Assembly: GCF_000150275.1 (NCBI RefSeq) | Contig: NW_002060950.1 | Span: 1,290,106-1,354,105, forward strand | Direction: 5' to 3' | Source: Trichoplax adhaerens | Lineage: Eukaryota > Animalia > Placozoa | DNA: 64,000 bases | Shown here: positions 40,408-56,180 of the stretch, piece after piece | Position numbering within the stretch: position 1 is the stretch's first letter | Layout: each line of letters starts with the position of its first letter | Made by a program: the position numbers and the translations under genes | Notes under the pieces: generated by a model | The model's input: only the letters and a program-made list of their open reading frames with translations | What the model was told of the DNA's origin: nothing | Databases searched by the model: none

Positions 40408-43400
40408 CATGCTAAGATAAGAAATCGATAGTTCAGATAGAAATTTATCATCGTAAGAATAATGAATTAGAAATGAGATAAACGGATGAATTTTGCATTG
40501 TTAATGATATAATTTCACTGTTGACAGTAGGCTTTGAATATATAATTATAACCAGTATAATTGACTTATTTCATCAAATACTAATTATAAAACGGCCGTC
40601 TCATTACATTTGGTCTTAAAGTAATCTCATTTACGAACTAAAAGGACATTTGTGTCTGTATCTTGGACTCTAAATTTACAAACAAGAGTTCATACTTTGA
40701 AATACTGCAGGAATGCAAATTTACTAAATTTCACATCAAAAACACGCTTGATAGTCGCATTTTGTCTCCTCGGTTAGAGAAACGTAAAGAAATTCATCCA
40801 AGTGCAATATAGCGTGGAAAGCACATCTCATATAATAATTGATTTTAAAAATTAATACTAAATAAAGAGTAGATTGTTAAAGTACAGCATCAGAGCAGTA
40901 AGTAATTAATAAATGGTATTAAAGATTTAATATATATTAAATGGTTTAATTATTTTTTTAATAATGTATGGTTTATGCACAATAGTAAGATCAACTTGTA
41001 AATTAGCTTTCCCACTATATATTATTAGAATGCTAATCATCTTAGTAAAGAAAGACATCCGAATCCGCTTTAATTAGATTAAAAGGGTCATTTGCTACTT
41101 CGTGTAGTTCAAAATTATAGCGATTTAAATGTAACAAAGGCACTGTTTATTAATAAAGTAAAATATGCCTAGATTAATTTCGAATAAAGGGCAAAAATAA
41201 AATTTCATATAACTAAAGTACAGCAATGACAATTTCTAAGTTTTAAAGCTATATTAAAACTTAAATAATTCCAAATATTAAAGAGAGTTTAATACCGCAA
41301 TGATAGTTAATAACTTAAATACATGAAATCCTACAACAAATTTTTTCCTTGATAAACGATCCAAAGGCTTTCTTAGATTGTTTACGGTATTTTTTTTATT
41401 TCAATTACTTAAAAATTACGCGGCCTGAACATTACAACTTTTTCTTTTCTGTTAAAATTATCCCATGCGGTACATCAATAATAACACCATGGTATAAAAA
41501 TACTATCATTTCCAGCGTAACATTTTGGTAGCTGATGTATAAAAGCCTATGTATAATTTATCTGGATGACGCACGTACGATTATTTCAGTATGAATCTGG
41601 ATGCTCTTAATCATATATGTTCATGGCATGTACTGATGTAATAAAGAAAATATCGGTTTTTAGTATTATCTTGAAATCATTGAGGAAAATGTGCATTAAC
41701 TGCAGACTTATTTTATCCGAAGATATTTCAAAAACTTGTGTACTTGTAGTAGACTAGAACTCTTTGACCTATTAAATTTGTAACTTGAGGTATTTATCAT
41801 TATCACGTTCAATCTCATGCAGATATCCATAAATCGTGATATATCATAGAAATCATTTGATGGTCAAATGAAATATTTCTATTTGTGATTGATGCATCTC
41901 GATAGTTCAATGAAAATAATAGCAGCCTTGGACTATTATGAATCATAAACTTTGAAGATTTTGTCCTATCACAGCATTGAAGATACCAATATCTATTTTT
42001 TATAGAAGATTTTTTCAGTATGAGTCTATACTGAGATAATTAGTTCTACTATACATATCAAAAAATCATAATAGATACATGATTTTATAGAATTTTCTCA
42101 ATATAAAAGCTAAATTATTCTGTAATTAGTAATTAGTTGAACCTGGAAAAATTCTGCTATCAAAATTAAGATCTAGTGACTGATAAAAAATGTAGATTTA
42201 CTCATTGTGGTCTAAAATGGTTAAGATTAATTTAAAATATTGTCCTTTCTGTGTGTCGGCAGAACATTCCATTGCTTCGTAGGCAATGATACCCACGCTT
42301 TTAACAAAAGGATAAATGATAATGAAACATATTACGCAAATATTTTTTCTCAATATAACGATTAATATTTTCCGTATTTAGATAAAATGTAAAGAAATAC
42401 AAGAATTAACCCAATGCTATAACTATTTAAATTATCTAGAACTGAACAGAAAAATTTTACATTTTTTTAACCATTTGGTTTATATGGTGTGATAGTGGCC
42501 GAATTAAACTAAAAACTGCACATTCTCCAATATAACTTAAAAATCCGAAAATGATACTCGTATTATTCAATAAAAATTTTTGAATAATCAAGGTATATTT
42601 TATCCTAAGTAAACATCAAAAAATCGCTAATTATCATCAGTACATAAAGGAAATTAGAAACACTTCATAATACTATTTATTAGCAACGGTATAATCAAGC
42701 TTTGTTTATCTGTAGATAGATCCATTAGGCTTTAGACATATTCATAAAAATATTTGATAACTCTAAGCTTAAAAGAACGGAAGATTTCAAAATGCATTAG
42801 GATTCTTTTATATCAACCATTGAGTCTAAGTTTAGTTTTGTCGATTAAAATTTGCAAATATATCCAATCGTAATTCCTGTACAAAATGAAATAGCAAAAC
42901 GCTGATTGATGAACATGTTTTTCTTAAATATCGCTTACATAGTGCGAAATTCCGTTGAAGTTTGTTAAATAAATTGAGCTACTAGAATACCCTTTGATAA
43001 TAATACGTGTATGATTTCAAAATTTGAATAAAAAACCGTATTTCCTATTTTAATGGTTTCAATTTTTAAGATTAGTTTAACTTAAACTGCTACGTAAAAG
43101 TTTTAGTGTGCTCATAGATGAACCGCTAGAATTGTTATTTACCGGTATATCATAATTACTTAGATACACTGTTAAAATTATTGCTATACATTACTTACAT
43201 ACTAGTCTAATAAATGATTTTAAATAATACCTAAAAGTCCGTAGATAATATGATTAGCATCAGATTTTAAGAGAATTAAAATTATTTTACTATTACAAAA
43301 ATTCGAAATTTACTAGTTGTCATTAATATAGAAAATAAAAGTATAATTCGTGAGCTATTTGGACCGGTGATGATTGCTACATAATAACGGATTTATACAT

Positions 43401-46400
43401 TATTAAATGTGAGAACACTTACAAATTATTCGAAAACGCTCGATAAATACTTAAAATATTTTAACGTTCGTAAGATTATAATATGATAAACAGGTCTATA
43501 GGCTCTTATTAATTGACGGTTTAACATTTATTATATTTTAGAATTGTGCCGTAATTGGCATATTCCAGAAGCTTGTCATACTATCTGAAATAACATTAAT
43601 CGAGATTTTTGTAAAAGATTTCCCTTTAAATGCTGTAAATGTATCATTCACAAGCTTTCGATCGCAATCCATGAATTAAAATTAGGATAACGAAAAATCT
43701 CGATTTTCTGAGGAAATAATAGCATTAGCCTGTTTTTAAATTAAACTAGCCTGAATATTTAGAGTTATCCGTCCATACACACGCATATTATTTTTTCTAT
43801 ATCACTACGCTACAGTTATCGACTTTCCAGTCTCGCAGATTTACGTGGAATATGGAATTTATTTGATGCTCCAGTTATGTCTAGCCATAGCTACCATTTC
43901 AATTCTGATATTTTGGCGCTATAATTGAACATTTTAGTAAAACTTACCTTAGAACTTTTAGGTTAATGGCACTGGTCACTCAGTTACTAAGGTGGCCAAA
44001 TAGATAAAATTTGTAATCGTTCTAATGCTATTATAGATAATAATGTTGACTTTAGACTTTATATTCACAACTTTTACAGCCAGATGTTTTTTATGCGCCC
44101 AAAATATTAAATTTACAGGAAGTAAACAATAAATAGTAGCATTATTTAAATTATAGTTTATATAAATTTTCCACCCACAGTCTTAAACAGCGTTTAAAAA
44201 TGATTTAATTTAATGAAAACTGTATCGAATCAACGGGATAATGATAGTGATAAGAAACGATTTTCAACGAAAGTATCAAAACCAATATCAAATTTTTATA
44301 GCTTTCTCTAGCATAAAACACCTATATTAATTACTAATTCAGTATTGTATCGAATTATCAATAGGGATAAACAAAGTCAGCGCTAATGGGTAAGAAATTA
44401 AAATTTAAAGCTATAAAAAAATACTGACTAAATAGTTTGGTATGCAGATAAATAATTAATGCAAGTATAGAATGACTTCATAGAAATTTCGTACTGTATT
44501 TACATTAGTCACATATTGAAAATTAAGTGAGTTACGTCATTGGGAGAAAAATTTTTTAAATTTAGCAGGATTAAAAATAAGCTACTCCCTATATAAAAGG
44601 ATTTATCTGCGTAATGGTTTATGATTCTTTTACATGAATAGCCGAAAGTTTTGCTGTAATGCAGCCATTACAGGTAATTGTTGATTAGTCATAAATGTTT
44701 TTCATGCAAGGATAATTACGTTAAAATGCTCATAAATTCATCATGTTCATAATTTATCTACCTTGGCTCCTTAGTTAATGAACTATTTCTAATGTCTATC
44801 AAGAGCTTTCATATCTGTCCCATAATATTAAAGCATTCAAAACATTAACTCATCATATACTGATAAAGCTCTTTTCTTACCAATATTCCATGAATCTCTT
44901 TTCTTAGGCTTAAGTTGCTATCGCAAATCTACATAAGATTATATATCAGAAACTCAATTACTCTGCTTTTAAAACTTGTATTTTCGTTCTTCCTATCAAT
45001 ACTTACGGATTGGCTTATATGGCTACACAATAACTTAAACTAGTTGAAAAATTTACAACTTTTAGATAAAAGTACTATATTTTAAGTCCAATCTAATTTA
45101 ATTAAATAATGTTGACAACAAGGGATCATTAATGATTTACTATCTGACCTTGACGCAAGATTTTTAAGAATCACAATTCCATAAATATCAGTTCGAGTAA
45201 TTAGGTGCTCATAGGAGATGCGGTACATAGCAGGGATACTTGCACCACATGATCATAATTTAGTATTCTTATAGAGTAGCATCACAACATTTGTGCATTC
45301 TTTACATTATATTGGATATACTGCTGCTAACTAGCTTTGCTACAGCAATGTTATAGAATGGATCTCTAAGCTCACGTAGTATTAAGAATTACCTTTCTCT
45401 CTAACTTTTAAATCGCTCAGTGACTTAGACTCCTTCATTTTTTCGCTAATTAGAAATTAGTAAGTTGTTTATTAATCAGTTTGTCGAGCTTACGCAATCC
45501 TATGCAGTACTAAAAATAATAGTGTTAGAAGTTTCTACATGGATGACAGCTTTAAATTTATACTAAATTTTTTAATTAATACTATTTTAAATGCATTAAC
45601 ATCTGAAGATCTTTTTCGAGAAAATTAGAATTTATACTAGCTGAGATATCAGTTGGAAATAAACAGGCAGCCCATAATATAATAATAATCATATAATATG
45701 TGATGATTTTATTTATTTGGACAGTTAAAGCATGCAGTTTTTCATTATTTGGAATTAAAATTATACCGGCACTAAATATAATCAATTAATTTTAACTATT
45801 ATATATTAAATTAAATACAAGTTGCAGTATGATGTATAGTCGAACATAGAAGAATCGAGATAATTCTTTATGTAACTAATTAATCGAAATTAAATCACTA
45901 TAACATTAAACTCATTAAATACCTATAATATATCCTTCGGGACATTTCATACCGTTATATGTAGATACTGTATATAGTTAAATAAGAAAATTAAGCACAG
46001 TTTATAATTGGCAATTTGCCACAATTTTGGAAAGGATAACAATGATAGATGTAGCTTTAGGTGACAGAGTATCATAATTCTAAGATACAAATACAAACAC
46101 CTATCTCATGCAAATTTCTTTAAGTTCATCGACTAATTATCCCTCTAATAAGCATTTAGGATGATTAATTTAATATTAAAGCTATCAGCTACCGTACTTA
46201 CATCATGATATTGTAATCTTTCCAATCTCAACAAGTAATATTGGTAATATTTTATTCGAGACTCGTTGCTTCGAGCAACCAAGTTTTTAAAAATTTCTTA
46301 GTATTTCCAATAAGTAATGGTGATTCGAAATACAGTATAAGGTACCAGCTACGTTTCGATAGCTTCAACATAAGCCTTATACAAGTATATTGTAAATTGA

Positions 46401-47754
46401 TAAGTTTTTTAATATTTCTTAATAGTTACAATTCCAATTTAATTAGGTCACTCGATTCCAAAGATAATTTTGTATTTCAAGTAATTTCTGCGAATAAATT
46501 TATTGGTTTGCAGATTTATCTCAAGAATTGCATAAATTATTAATGCTTAACCTGTAACAAATATCCAATATTTATCGAATGATCTTAACAATTTCAAGAA
46601 ATACTTGTAAAACGGATTAAACTTAATTCTAGAGTACTAGCGTGTTGCAATGGCCTAATATTAGTAGCCTATAACACAAGAAGAATGATTCCATGAATGA
46701 GTCACAATAATATATTTAGACTTTATTTCGATACTCTAGCCAATAATTAGATGTCTATGTTACTAACAGTGAACTCGTATGGTCAGAATAGTTTGATTAG
46801 GACAAATTTAACCCATATAACCATAGGTCACATTGGAAGTAAGAAGTAATTCTTATCTATAAATTTTTTCTTTAATCAATTATAGACTTCTTCGAAAACT
46901 GTCATCATGAAAGTAAATCGGGAGTACTCGGTTGATTCATTTCTTGAAATAATTTTTGGTTTGATAGAACTCTAATCATGAACTTTATCTTAACTTTTAA
47001 TGCTTTTGATGAATTTGAGTTCTCAGCTATTACATTTTTCATGAAGTATTTATGGAATAGTTTTGAATCAACATATCATGAATCAGTTTGTTGCATAATT
47101 AGTTTTATAAACTAATGCTTTAAGCTATTTTCACTTCAATAAACAAAGTAAATAATTTATTAACTGCTAACCTTGACCTAACTATTGAAGTGGATACGAT
47201 ATTAGACAGTATAATATCATAATGTAGCAAAATTATTAGATTATCGATTAATTATTAGCCAAGTTCAATGAAAATCCTATATACTATACATCTTTACTAC
47301 TAAAGGTACCCTGCTAAAATAATTTGTTAGATCCATCTTGTTTAAAATCTTTACGTACTTAAGTAACAAAATTCCTATTAAAGCATTCCTCTTGTTGGGT
47401 TATCTGGACATTATACTTTGCATTAGTCTTCTACAATTGCCGGTAGTGATTATGCTTTCGCTGTAGTCCTATAAAAATGAGTATAGTAGTAAGTGAATAG
47501 CGTCTACAGTACTATATATAAAATAGTCGAGTGCAACTAGTGATTAATTTAATGGGATAGCTATAGCCTTAAATCAGAATGTGACAGAAGAAAATTCAGT
47601 TTGATAGCTAGCTGTGTTTAGTTTACGTGATCTAAGGTTGCTACTGTAATATTCGACAATAATTTTAAGTATTAAACTATTTAATCCGCAGCATTTGGGA
47701 GACAGATTATTGAGTGACTGTTTTAGGATACGGATAAAAATAGCAATTTATTAA

Positions 47755-48385
47755 TGTTACAGTGTTAAATACTGTATTACAGTAGAAATAACTATGTTAG
47801 GATAATTCTGTTAGACTATCCTTATTTAGTTAACTTATAATTTGGATATACTGTGTTTTAATATAGCACTGACTTTTTATGACAGTGACACTTATACACA
47901 TACTGAAATTAATAGTTATAATAGGGAATGCAAATCATCTGCTTACAGTTCGAATCATTGTGATTGTAATTTACTTATGTTAGACTGTAAATTATCATGG
48001 AAATGTTCCGTGATAGGACATATCGTAATCTGACTATTCTATATTAGTCATTACATGCCTATGTTCGTAAATACTGTTGTCTGCATTAAGGGAGCAGTAG
48101 CTAAAATTAATATCTAATTCAGTAAATGATTCCAATGTTAATTGTATTAACTATGACTCATGAACTATTGAGGAGTAGTATATAAATGCAGTATATCGTG
48201 AAATAAAGAAGAATTCTCCAACTTAGTGTTTAACGTAAAATACGAGGCGTTTAAGTCTTTGTGTAGTCTGCTAGTAGAGCAAAAGTGTTTGTGATAGTGC
48301 AAATATCGTTCCTTGATACGTGGTTCAAGGAATTGACTTATTGATCGTATATTGCGTTGTCTTGTTGCAAAGCTGTTTTGTGACA
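47755..48385 (+). mobile_element. Solo-LTR-like element family A, copy 2 (631 bp), TSD ATTAA
   Basis: TGTTAC...GTGACA flanked by ATTAA; TGACTCA at ~48154, TATAAA at 48181, AATAAA at 48202. Confidence 0.88.
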
Positions 48386-50680
48386 ATTAAATAGATCGTT
48401 TCAATTTTGGGGCATACAAAATAAAATTTTATTGTTGAAACTCCATTACATTTACTACAACCTTATCAAAGTATCATTTGTTCAAATTCGTTACTTCTTG
48501 TTTTCCTGACTTTAAAAGTAATAAGTATTTATACACGTACAAATATTCTTGAAGCAGTGAATTCCATAGAAAGAGCCTAACAATATTGGGAAATATACTT
48601 ACTAATACTGAAATTAAACCTTGATAATAATTTTCATGATCAGTAACCTTTCCAGATTTAATTACGAAAGGTTAGCAATTTTAGTCCTTTTTCAATATGA
48701 GATCGGTAAAAAAGTTGCAAATAAGATATTTCTCAAATCTAGCTTCTTAAAATTACCTCACTTGTGTCATGATTCTAGAATACCGTAAAACGGTACAGAT
48801 TTTATACAGACCGTGCATAAATCTAGAAAAGTCTCCGATCTCTGTCCCTTCCCAAGGTGATTGCGCAGTAAAATGCATACAACATCTACTTTGCTGGAGC
48901 TTTAGTATTTCATCAGCACAAAGCTACTGATATTTGCTTATATAGTCTACTAAAACACTACAGCATATTCGTATCTAATTTATATTTATTACGCCACCGT
49001 TATTCTAGCATTTCGCAGCAAATTACGGCTAAAATTTTTGTACTTCATTATAATACCATTAATAGATCTAAGACAGCGCGCAGTCACTTGGGTTAAACAG
49101 ATATACATAATTGCATATGTTACCAAAAGTACTTAATTTGCATCATATTTATAGTGTATACAGGGAAATTTAGCACTTGAGCTTGTATCTTTAAAGGAAT
49201 GCTGAGTAATCATAGGAACAGATAGGCTATTGTATAGTGATTCGCAGCGTGGTTACAGTTACAGCACATTGCTTATCGTAGTCACAAGTATATACTGCAT
49301 ATACTGTACGTTATTATGGTCAATGTAGGACATTCTGGACGGTGTTGTGCAGTCTTTAAAAATAAAATAAATAATTAATGTCTCTTGTGGCGTTCTATTT
49401 CCTACCTTGCAATGTGTATACATCCAGTCATTATTCTAACCCATAAGGTCATAGACAGGCACGTGATCGAGGAAGATAAATTTATTGTAGCAATCTATTT
49501 GGTACAACTATCTAGTAGGATTTCATAGCACTACTCAATTTTCTCTTTTATATTATATAAATTATATAAATTATTAATTATTTACAACTAATATCATCTG
49601 TTATACACAAGATTTACTTTCATGTAAAACTACTAAGGCTGCTAACTTCAATCTTTTTTCAAATTAATCTGGCAATATTGAATTCCATCTAATAGCATAT
49701 TTTTCACAGATCGAATGGCTATGATTTTATTCCGTTTAAAGTAGCAGTGGTATAACATTTCATGTGCTTAATATGGATATCGATGCCTTTCTTCATAAGA
49801 TAGTTAACGGGCTATTGTCCAATAGTTCACTCAGAACATTTGCAATCTATTCCTCCCTTCGGTATTATAAGGTTTAAAAACAGATTGCATTGATGAAGTT
49901 GAAGCAAATGCTATTGACAAATATAAGATGATCACAACTTCAATCTAAGAGCTTAACAGAATCAAAATTTTGATAATACAATTCATTATGGCCATCTCAA
50001 ACTCATGGCTTTGAATTTAGTATGAATAGCCTTTACTTGTTTTTGACGCACTGCTAATTGCAGCAATATAGTACAACTAATAGCATCCACACAATTCATA
50101 TCGGTAGTGATATCATAGATAAATTTTTATGAGAGTAAATCTATAGTCGTCGAAATTTAGTTAATAGATTTTAAGTTCGTTTTGAAGCTTACATTAAGTA
50201 CCCACGATAATGTTCGATATATACATTTATACTTAGTCTATTATTTTCATGACGATAAACTGATTATAGCACATGTTTATCGATTTTTAAGCACGTTAAT
50301 TTCTACTGCATAATGCAATAGTAAATTTTTGTATACCGTAAGTTATAAATATAGATTTTCAAAACTATCATATTCCTAAATCATAAAGTTTTGAAGTGCG
50401 GCAATATCGATTTAGATTGATGCAAGGCGATTACGTGTGTCCGATAGTACACAATCTGTAAAATCTTTTAAAAAATTTTCATGTCCTGTACATTAAACGT
50501 GCAAGAAAGCTATAGAAAAAGAAATATATGACATATGGAGTGGTCATGGTGAAATCTGGCCTAGATACTGTATTAGTATAGACTGTTACATATGTAAAGG
50601 TGTATAGGTAGCTACGGAATGTCTCAGGAGAGAATGGTTATCGTATTTAGAGAGTGAGAACTATGGCCATCAGTGATTGA

Positions 50681-51856
50681 TTATTGTTCAGTACCGGATA
50701 TAGTTTGCTGCGGAAATATTCTAGTAGCAGAAATAGCTTGAAAAATGTTTTGCTCAATATTTTGAAGTTCATTTATTTTATCAAGGCCGGAAGGATTAGG
50801 GAATGGCTGAATGATGGCTGTTCGACGAGACATAGCATGAGTAACATATAATCTTAAACTAAAACGACCAAATATCTCGTTATACGCTTTTCTAAATTTC
50901 TTTGACGATAGAGCATATAATACTGGGTTAATTGCACTATTCAAATTGATTAAGCAACCAACAAAAAAAACCAAATGATGGGAAATGTGGAAATTATTTG
51001 GAACTAAAATAAACATTGTCAAGCAGTATGGCATATAGCATAGAATAAATGTTAGAAAATAAAGAAACATGACTTTAGTAATTTTGACTTCCCTTTGTAA
51101 TGCTTGGCAATGTAATTGTTGATGGACTGTAAGAGTGTTAGCTTGAAGATGTCCAAGCATGTGATGAACATGTTTTTTAATAAATAAATAAATACCGGTA
51201 TAACATACTGCAGTTACTGTCCAAGGGATTAAAGAATCTATGATAAGAATATAAATGATATAACTGGCGCCTTTGGAATCTTGCCAATCAGGTAAACAAG
51301 TGTATTCTTCGGGTTGGTACACATAGCGATTCCAACCAAAGATGGGTAATAAGCAATCGATTGTTCCATAAACCCAGATAAAAGACATAATTATTACTAC
51401 AACTTTCGTCGATAACTTCCTACCGTAAGAGCGTACAATAACCAAATAGCGACATAGTGCTGTTGCAAGCAAGGTAAAGATTGTGACGACATAACATACA
51501 CATAGCGTTACCCCACTTAAGCCGCAGATTGTATGAATAAATGACTCTCCTCTACTTAACAAATCGATAACAATAATTGGTTGTCTGGTTAGGCCTGTTA
51601 AAATATCGGTAATTGCTAAATTAATGATGAAGAAATTAACAGGAATACGCAAACTAGGCCTCTTATAAAATATAAACAATACGATACCGTTACCAATAAC
51701 AGTCGCTGCTATTAATACACAGTAAATAAATACTCTCCAAAATATGATGCCTGAAGCAAAGGCTTCATGATTTATATCGTCATGGTCATTTTGGTTGGAT
51801 GAACCATAGAACGAAGCGTTATTATGATTATAGGTATATTTTGCTTTATTGTCCAT
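50681..51856 (-). CDS. Rhodopsin-class (opsin-like) GPCR, single coding exon, ~391 aa
   Basis: NLAITD, CRY, GWNRY..CLPDW, CYMPY, NPVLY. The ORF-track TTG start at 51919 lies upstream of an acceptor (attacag, ~51883); the first ATG is at 51856 (MDNKAK). Confidence 0.92.
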   Translation of the reverse strand: MDNKAKYTYNHNNASFYGSSNQNDHDDINHEAFASGIIFWRVFIYCVLIAATVIGNGIVLFIFYKRPSLRIPVNFFIINLAITDILTGLTRQPIIVIDLLSRGESFIHTICGLSGVTLCVCYVVTIFTLLATALCRYLVIVRSYGRKLSTKVVVIIMSFIWVYGTIDCLLPIFGWNRYVYQPEEYTCLPDWQDSKGASYIIYILIIDSLIPWTVTAVCYTGIYLFIKKHVHHMLGHLQANTLTVHQQLHCQALQREVKITKVMFLYFLTFILCYMPYCLTMFILVPNNFHISHHLVFFVGCLINLNSAINPVLYALSSKKFRKAYNEIFGRFSLRLYVTHAMSRRTAIIQPFPNPSGLDKINELQNIEQNIFQAISATRIFPQQTISGTEQ

Positions 51857-52211
51857 CTCTTGAGCTACTTCATTCAAACTAGCTGTAATATTAAAATTAT
51901 AAAATATTAAAACTTTCAATTAGTAAATTAATTTTGTCATCCAGTTTCATTTTTTATACTTCAGTATGCATATATGTAAAATACTAGCACATAATTTAAA
52001 ATGTAAATTATTTTTTTCAATTTTCGATTAGTTAATTAATTACGCTATCCCATTGCATCTTTTAAACGCATTTATTTTATGCTATACACAAAATACTAGC
52101 ACATACATGTAATTAAAATTGTAAGTAATTTTTAAGCTTTCGATTGCTATATTAACTATTTCATCTAGTTCCTTTATTATATACGTATTTAAGTTATATA
52201 TGAACGTGACC

Positions 52212-52261
52212 NNNNNNNNNNNNNNNNNNNNNNNNNNNNNNNNNNNNNNNNNNNNNNNNNN
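52212..52261. other. Assembly gap (50 N)
   Basis: Run of N. Confidence 1.
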
Positions 52262-52776
52262 GTTTTGTAGGGAATCGTTAGGGTAAATTGTGTCTGAACT
52301 TTGAATGATTTTGTTTTCTTAAATGGTGCAAAGTAGTTTTCTAAAACGGATCTTAAGAGCGATTGGTTAGCAAATGTTTAGTTTTAAATACCTCAGACGG
52401 CTCTATGAAGCCTATAAATGATAGTGCAATTAGAAAATTTAGAGAGAGAGTAGAAAAAGACTTTATTCGAAGAACTTGTTGAATTTGAAAAGGCCTTCGG
52501 GGTCGAATTGTCGTAAGTTAAAACGTTCTTCTTTTTGAAAGGTTGTTTGGTCGTTGACAGTTTTTTTTTTGTATGTCATTTATTTTAATAATACTTAAAG
52601 CTAAGTATTTGTAAGGTTGTTCGGTTTATACTTCTCTCCATTTTTGCTTTGAAATAAATTGTTGTTCGGTTATTTCCCCAAATTTTATTTGGTGTCAAAG
52701 TATTAGCGTTAAGTCGACCGGAGTGCAACGAAAGTAGAATCAAAGTTTGTTAAAGTTTTGTAGCTTGATCTCTACA
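52262..52776 (+). mobile_element. Possible further LTR-like segment beginning in a gap
   Basis: G/T-skewed stretch with ATTGG, CTATAAA and AATAAA in LTR order, ending ...TCTACA. Single copy here, no TSD testable. Confidence 0.3.
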
Positions 52777-55700
52777 CTTTTCATTTCATTACAATATGCT
52801 TCGATAGCTCTAGTATAATTTCTATCAGTTAGTACTACAGTATATTTATCGATAGTCGTGATCAACATGAACGATGCTAGCGGGAGATATCATACTATGA
52901 TATATCAAGTATGAAATTATTTGCCGATAGTTGACGAATTAATGTGACATTTTTAGGCAGACAATGACTATCCATTAATAACGCGTTATTTCTGAAGAAA
53001 TAAATAAATAGATAATTTGGAAGTCTACGGGCTATGAACTATGATGCCAAGATTAATTAGAGAAGAAAAGCGATATAGCAAGTTAGTGATGAATCTATTA
53101 TTAACTAGGTTAGCAGTGCTATCCGTGACAGTGTGGATGAGTAAGCACATAAATCAATGTAAGGCTAATTTTATCATTTTTTGATAGGCGATATCATTTA
53201 TAAATTGTAATAAATACTTTTTACAACTTTAGCAGGGTATCAGAAAAGAAATTTGATCTTTGCTTCTAATTCATCTTACTAATATCTAATTATAAAGATC
53301 CGTAATATAACATTTGTTATAGAGTGTACAACAATGAATTATAGTTAAGGGTTAGCACTGTAACTTTTATTTATTAGCGAAAAATTGATCATCCGCTTCA
53401 TCATCTTTACACTCTGGCGTAGGGATATAAGATGTAGAAGCAACTAGTTTAAAGTAACTGACGAAAGGATTTACAGCTTCTATTCTTTTTCGACTAGAAT
53501 ACCAAACAATTTAACCGTCAAGTAGCTATAAATATAGCAATTCAGAATCTATCTTAACTTGAAAAATTCTAATACTGCAATAATGGAAAGTGGTACTTTT
53601 AAGAAATAATTTCATCCTTTCTTCAATAACGAAATCTACTAAGTTTTCCAAAAAAAATTTTTAAATCATCGTTACTTAGGATATGATTTCAAATATAAAC
53701 GTTACTATACCTGCTAAATTAGTTATATTTTTATGGGGATTTTCTTCTTAACATACATAAAATTGAGGATCGAGAATAGAATTAAAGAACGAAAAATTTT
53801 AATAACGATGTAAACTTCGAATTAACTTCTTCGCAATTCTTATATTCAATCGCTGTTCTTGATATTTTTAATGTCCAGACTTTATCGATCTAATATTGAT
53901 TCAATTTGATTCTTAAGTGTTCACTAGGATACTAGAGTAACAGCAATTGATAATCATTAAATTTATAAAGAAGCATTCATTACTTTCAATAGAAGATGAC
54001 AGATGTCGAAAACATCGAACAGAAACAGTGAATATATTAATTAGCTTTTGTTACTGTAAACTAAACCGACGATAATATTAGTAACAATTCTTAGAATAGC
54101 ATGATCTCTACCCTAATATCTTACTTTTTAATATTCTAACTATACAAATTATGTTCTAATACAAAATGCACCGATTGAAATGTCCACAACCTATCGTAAT
54201 ATAGACATCAATATAGTTATCACAATTAAGGGCCAAGCTTGATAATATAAAAATACTGCTTCTGACATAATTCAGCGCTATTGCTTTCACTCAATCATCA
54301 CACATTTAACTATGTAATATAATAGTTTACAAAATTTTAATTATTTAAAGTTCTAATTATTAACACTTTTCAAATTTGATTTATCGGGCACTCATAATAA
54401 CTATCATCAAAGATGAATTCCATTTAATTTAGCCCACGATCAATATCTAATTATGTAAAAACTTATGCAATTCAACAAAATTGCTTAATTTTTTAGTTTG
54501 GTAAGAATTTGTATTATGTTACTAAAACAGGTATCATATAGAGTAACAATAGAAAATTCGATTAATCTCCTTATTTATAATATATACTTACAATCTGAAC
54601 TACAAGAACTGGCGCTGTCTTAATTATGATTACCTCAAGTGATTCATAAATGCATTCATTGATATCAATTTCTATAACCCATAATTGTATTATCGAATAG
54701 ATAAAGATAGGAAATTTGGTAAAAATTAAAAAATAATCGTAATTTAAACCTCCACCTCCTTAGTCTAGAAATTGTAGATTAAAATAAATTAACCGATCAT
54801 TGAATTCCATTCTAGTAATTGATGTACGAATGTCATAAGGAGTATAGCTTCTGTTCAATAAGATATGATGTAAGGTATTTTTTGGCGTCGCAATTTTCAA
54901 GTAAATATCTCAATTTTATGTATCAAAACTAGATTTATTTATAGTAATCACGCTATTATTAGCACTTTTAGATATCCAATGGTATTTTTAAGTCCTCATT
55001 TTAAACTGAAATAGATGAATACATGTTAAAAAAATACTGTATATAATCCGGTGAATATAGAAACAGAGCCTGGATCAATTATATCATTTAACCTCACATA
55101 TTAGTAATAAAGGACCACTTTTTATTACAGCTCTTTTCAGTAAGTACATAAAGGAGACCAAAATGTAAATATGTAGATGATGAATTCAGCTATACTTAGG
55201 ATAAAAACCCTATTTTTTATGTTGTAACTGCTGAATTTTATCATAATTAGCATAATATAGAGTATTTTAAGAATTCTCTAATTGTTATCGTGCTGTAATC
55301 AAGGAAGATAATTGCCTTAACGAAGAATTGAATTAGATTACCATGTTAGTATGATTGGTCATGTGCTACAGAGAGAGCATTACAATTGAACTTTGGGTAA
55401 AAACTTACAATAAAATTATCAGGTAAAGTGCCTAACGTTAAATTAACTATAATGACTTTACTGTTCACTTTAAAAGAAGTGCTATACTGATGTTCAATAC
55501 GTCTAAATTGGAAATCATATGAACAACGTTAACCTAACTAATTTACTCGAACATAACCAGCGCAATTTTAATCTTTACATTGGTATAACGCAGCAAAAGT
55601 ACGTTCTTAATAAAAGCATTAGATTCGGCTAAATTTGATAGAGAAACTTTGTGATTCTTATTTTTTAGAAGATACCGGCATTATTGGTATCGTTTAATAA

Positions 55701-56180
55701 ACATTTTTACAATGCTTTGTATCTTTAAAATGATACCTTTAGTATTAACAGTTAATACTAACAGATAAGTGCACAAAATTTTTTATTAGAATACTATAGG
55801 CATTCGCTAATTAATTTCTAAGAGTCTTGGATTGGATGCTTTAGTTCTTGCCTAATCTTTTGATAGACTACTACTAATTGTAAATTTAATGCTGTAAAAA
55901 TTAGGATTCGAATAAAAATCTGATTAATTCAAATACCTATGTATTTATCATTAAATCCATTTACTTAAAGGCTTATGATTTAAGATGAATGAATCAGATT
56001 GGACAGAAGTTGATTTCTGATATACAGCATCATAGTAACGTATAGGATTATTGATATTAGTAGCTTGAATCGCAATTACGTACAATTAAAAATGCATTAT
56101 AACTTGTCACGAGAACAGTATAACTTATCAAATTTCTAAATGTCAATCAATATTTATCAATACAGATCTTGGAGACTCGC

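Noticed and set aside
47842-48033. 63-aa ORF repeated at 56268-56459 as a small gene family
   Set aside because: TTG-started ORFs lying inside the repeated element; similarity reflects the repeat.
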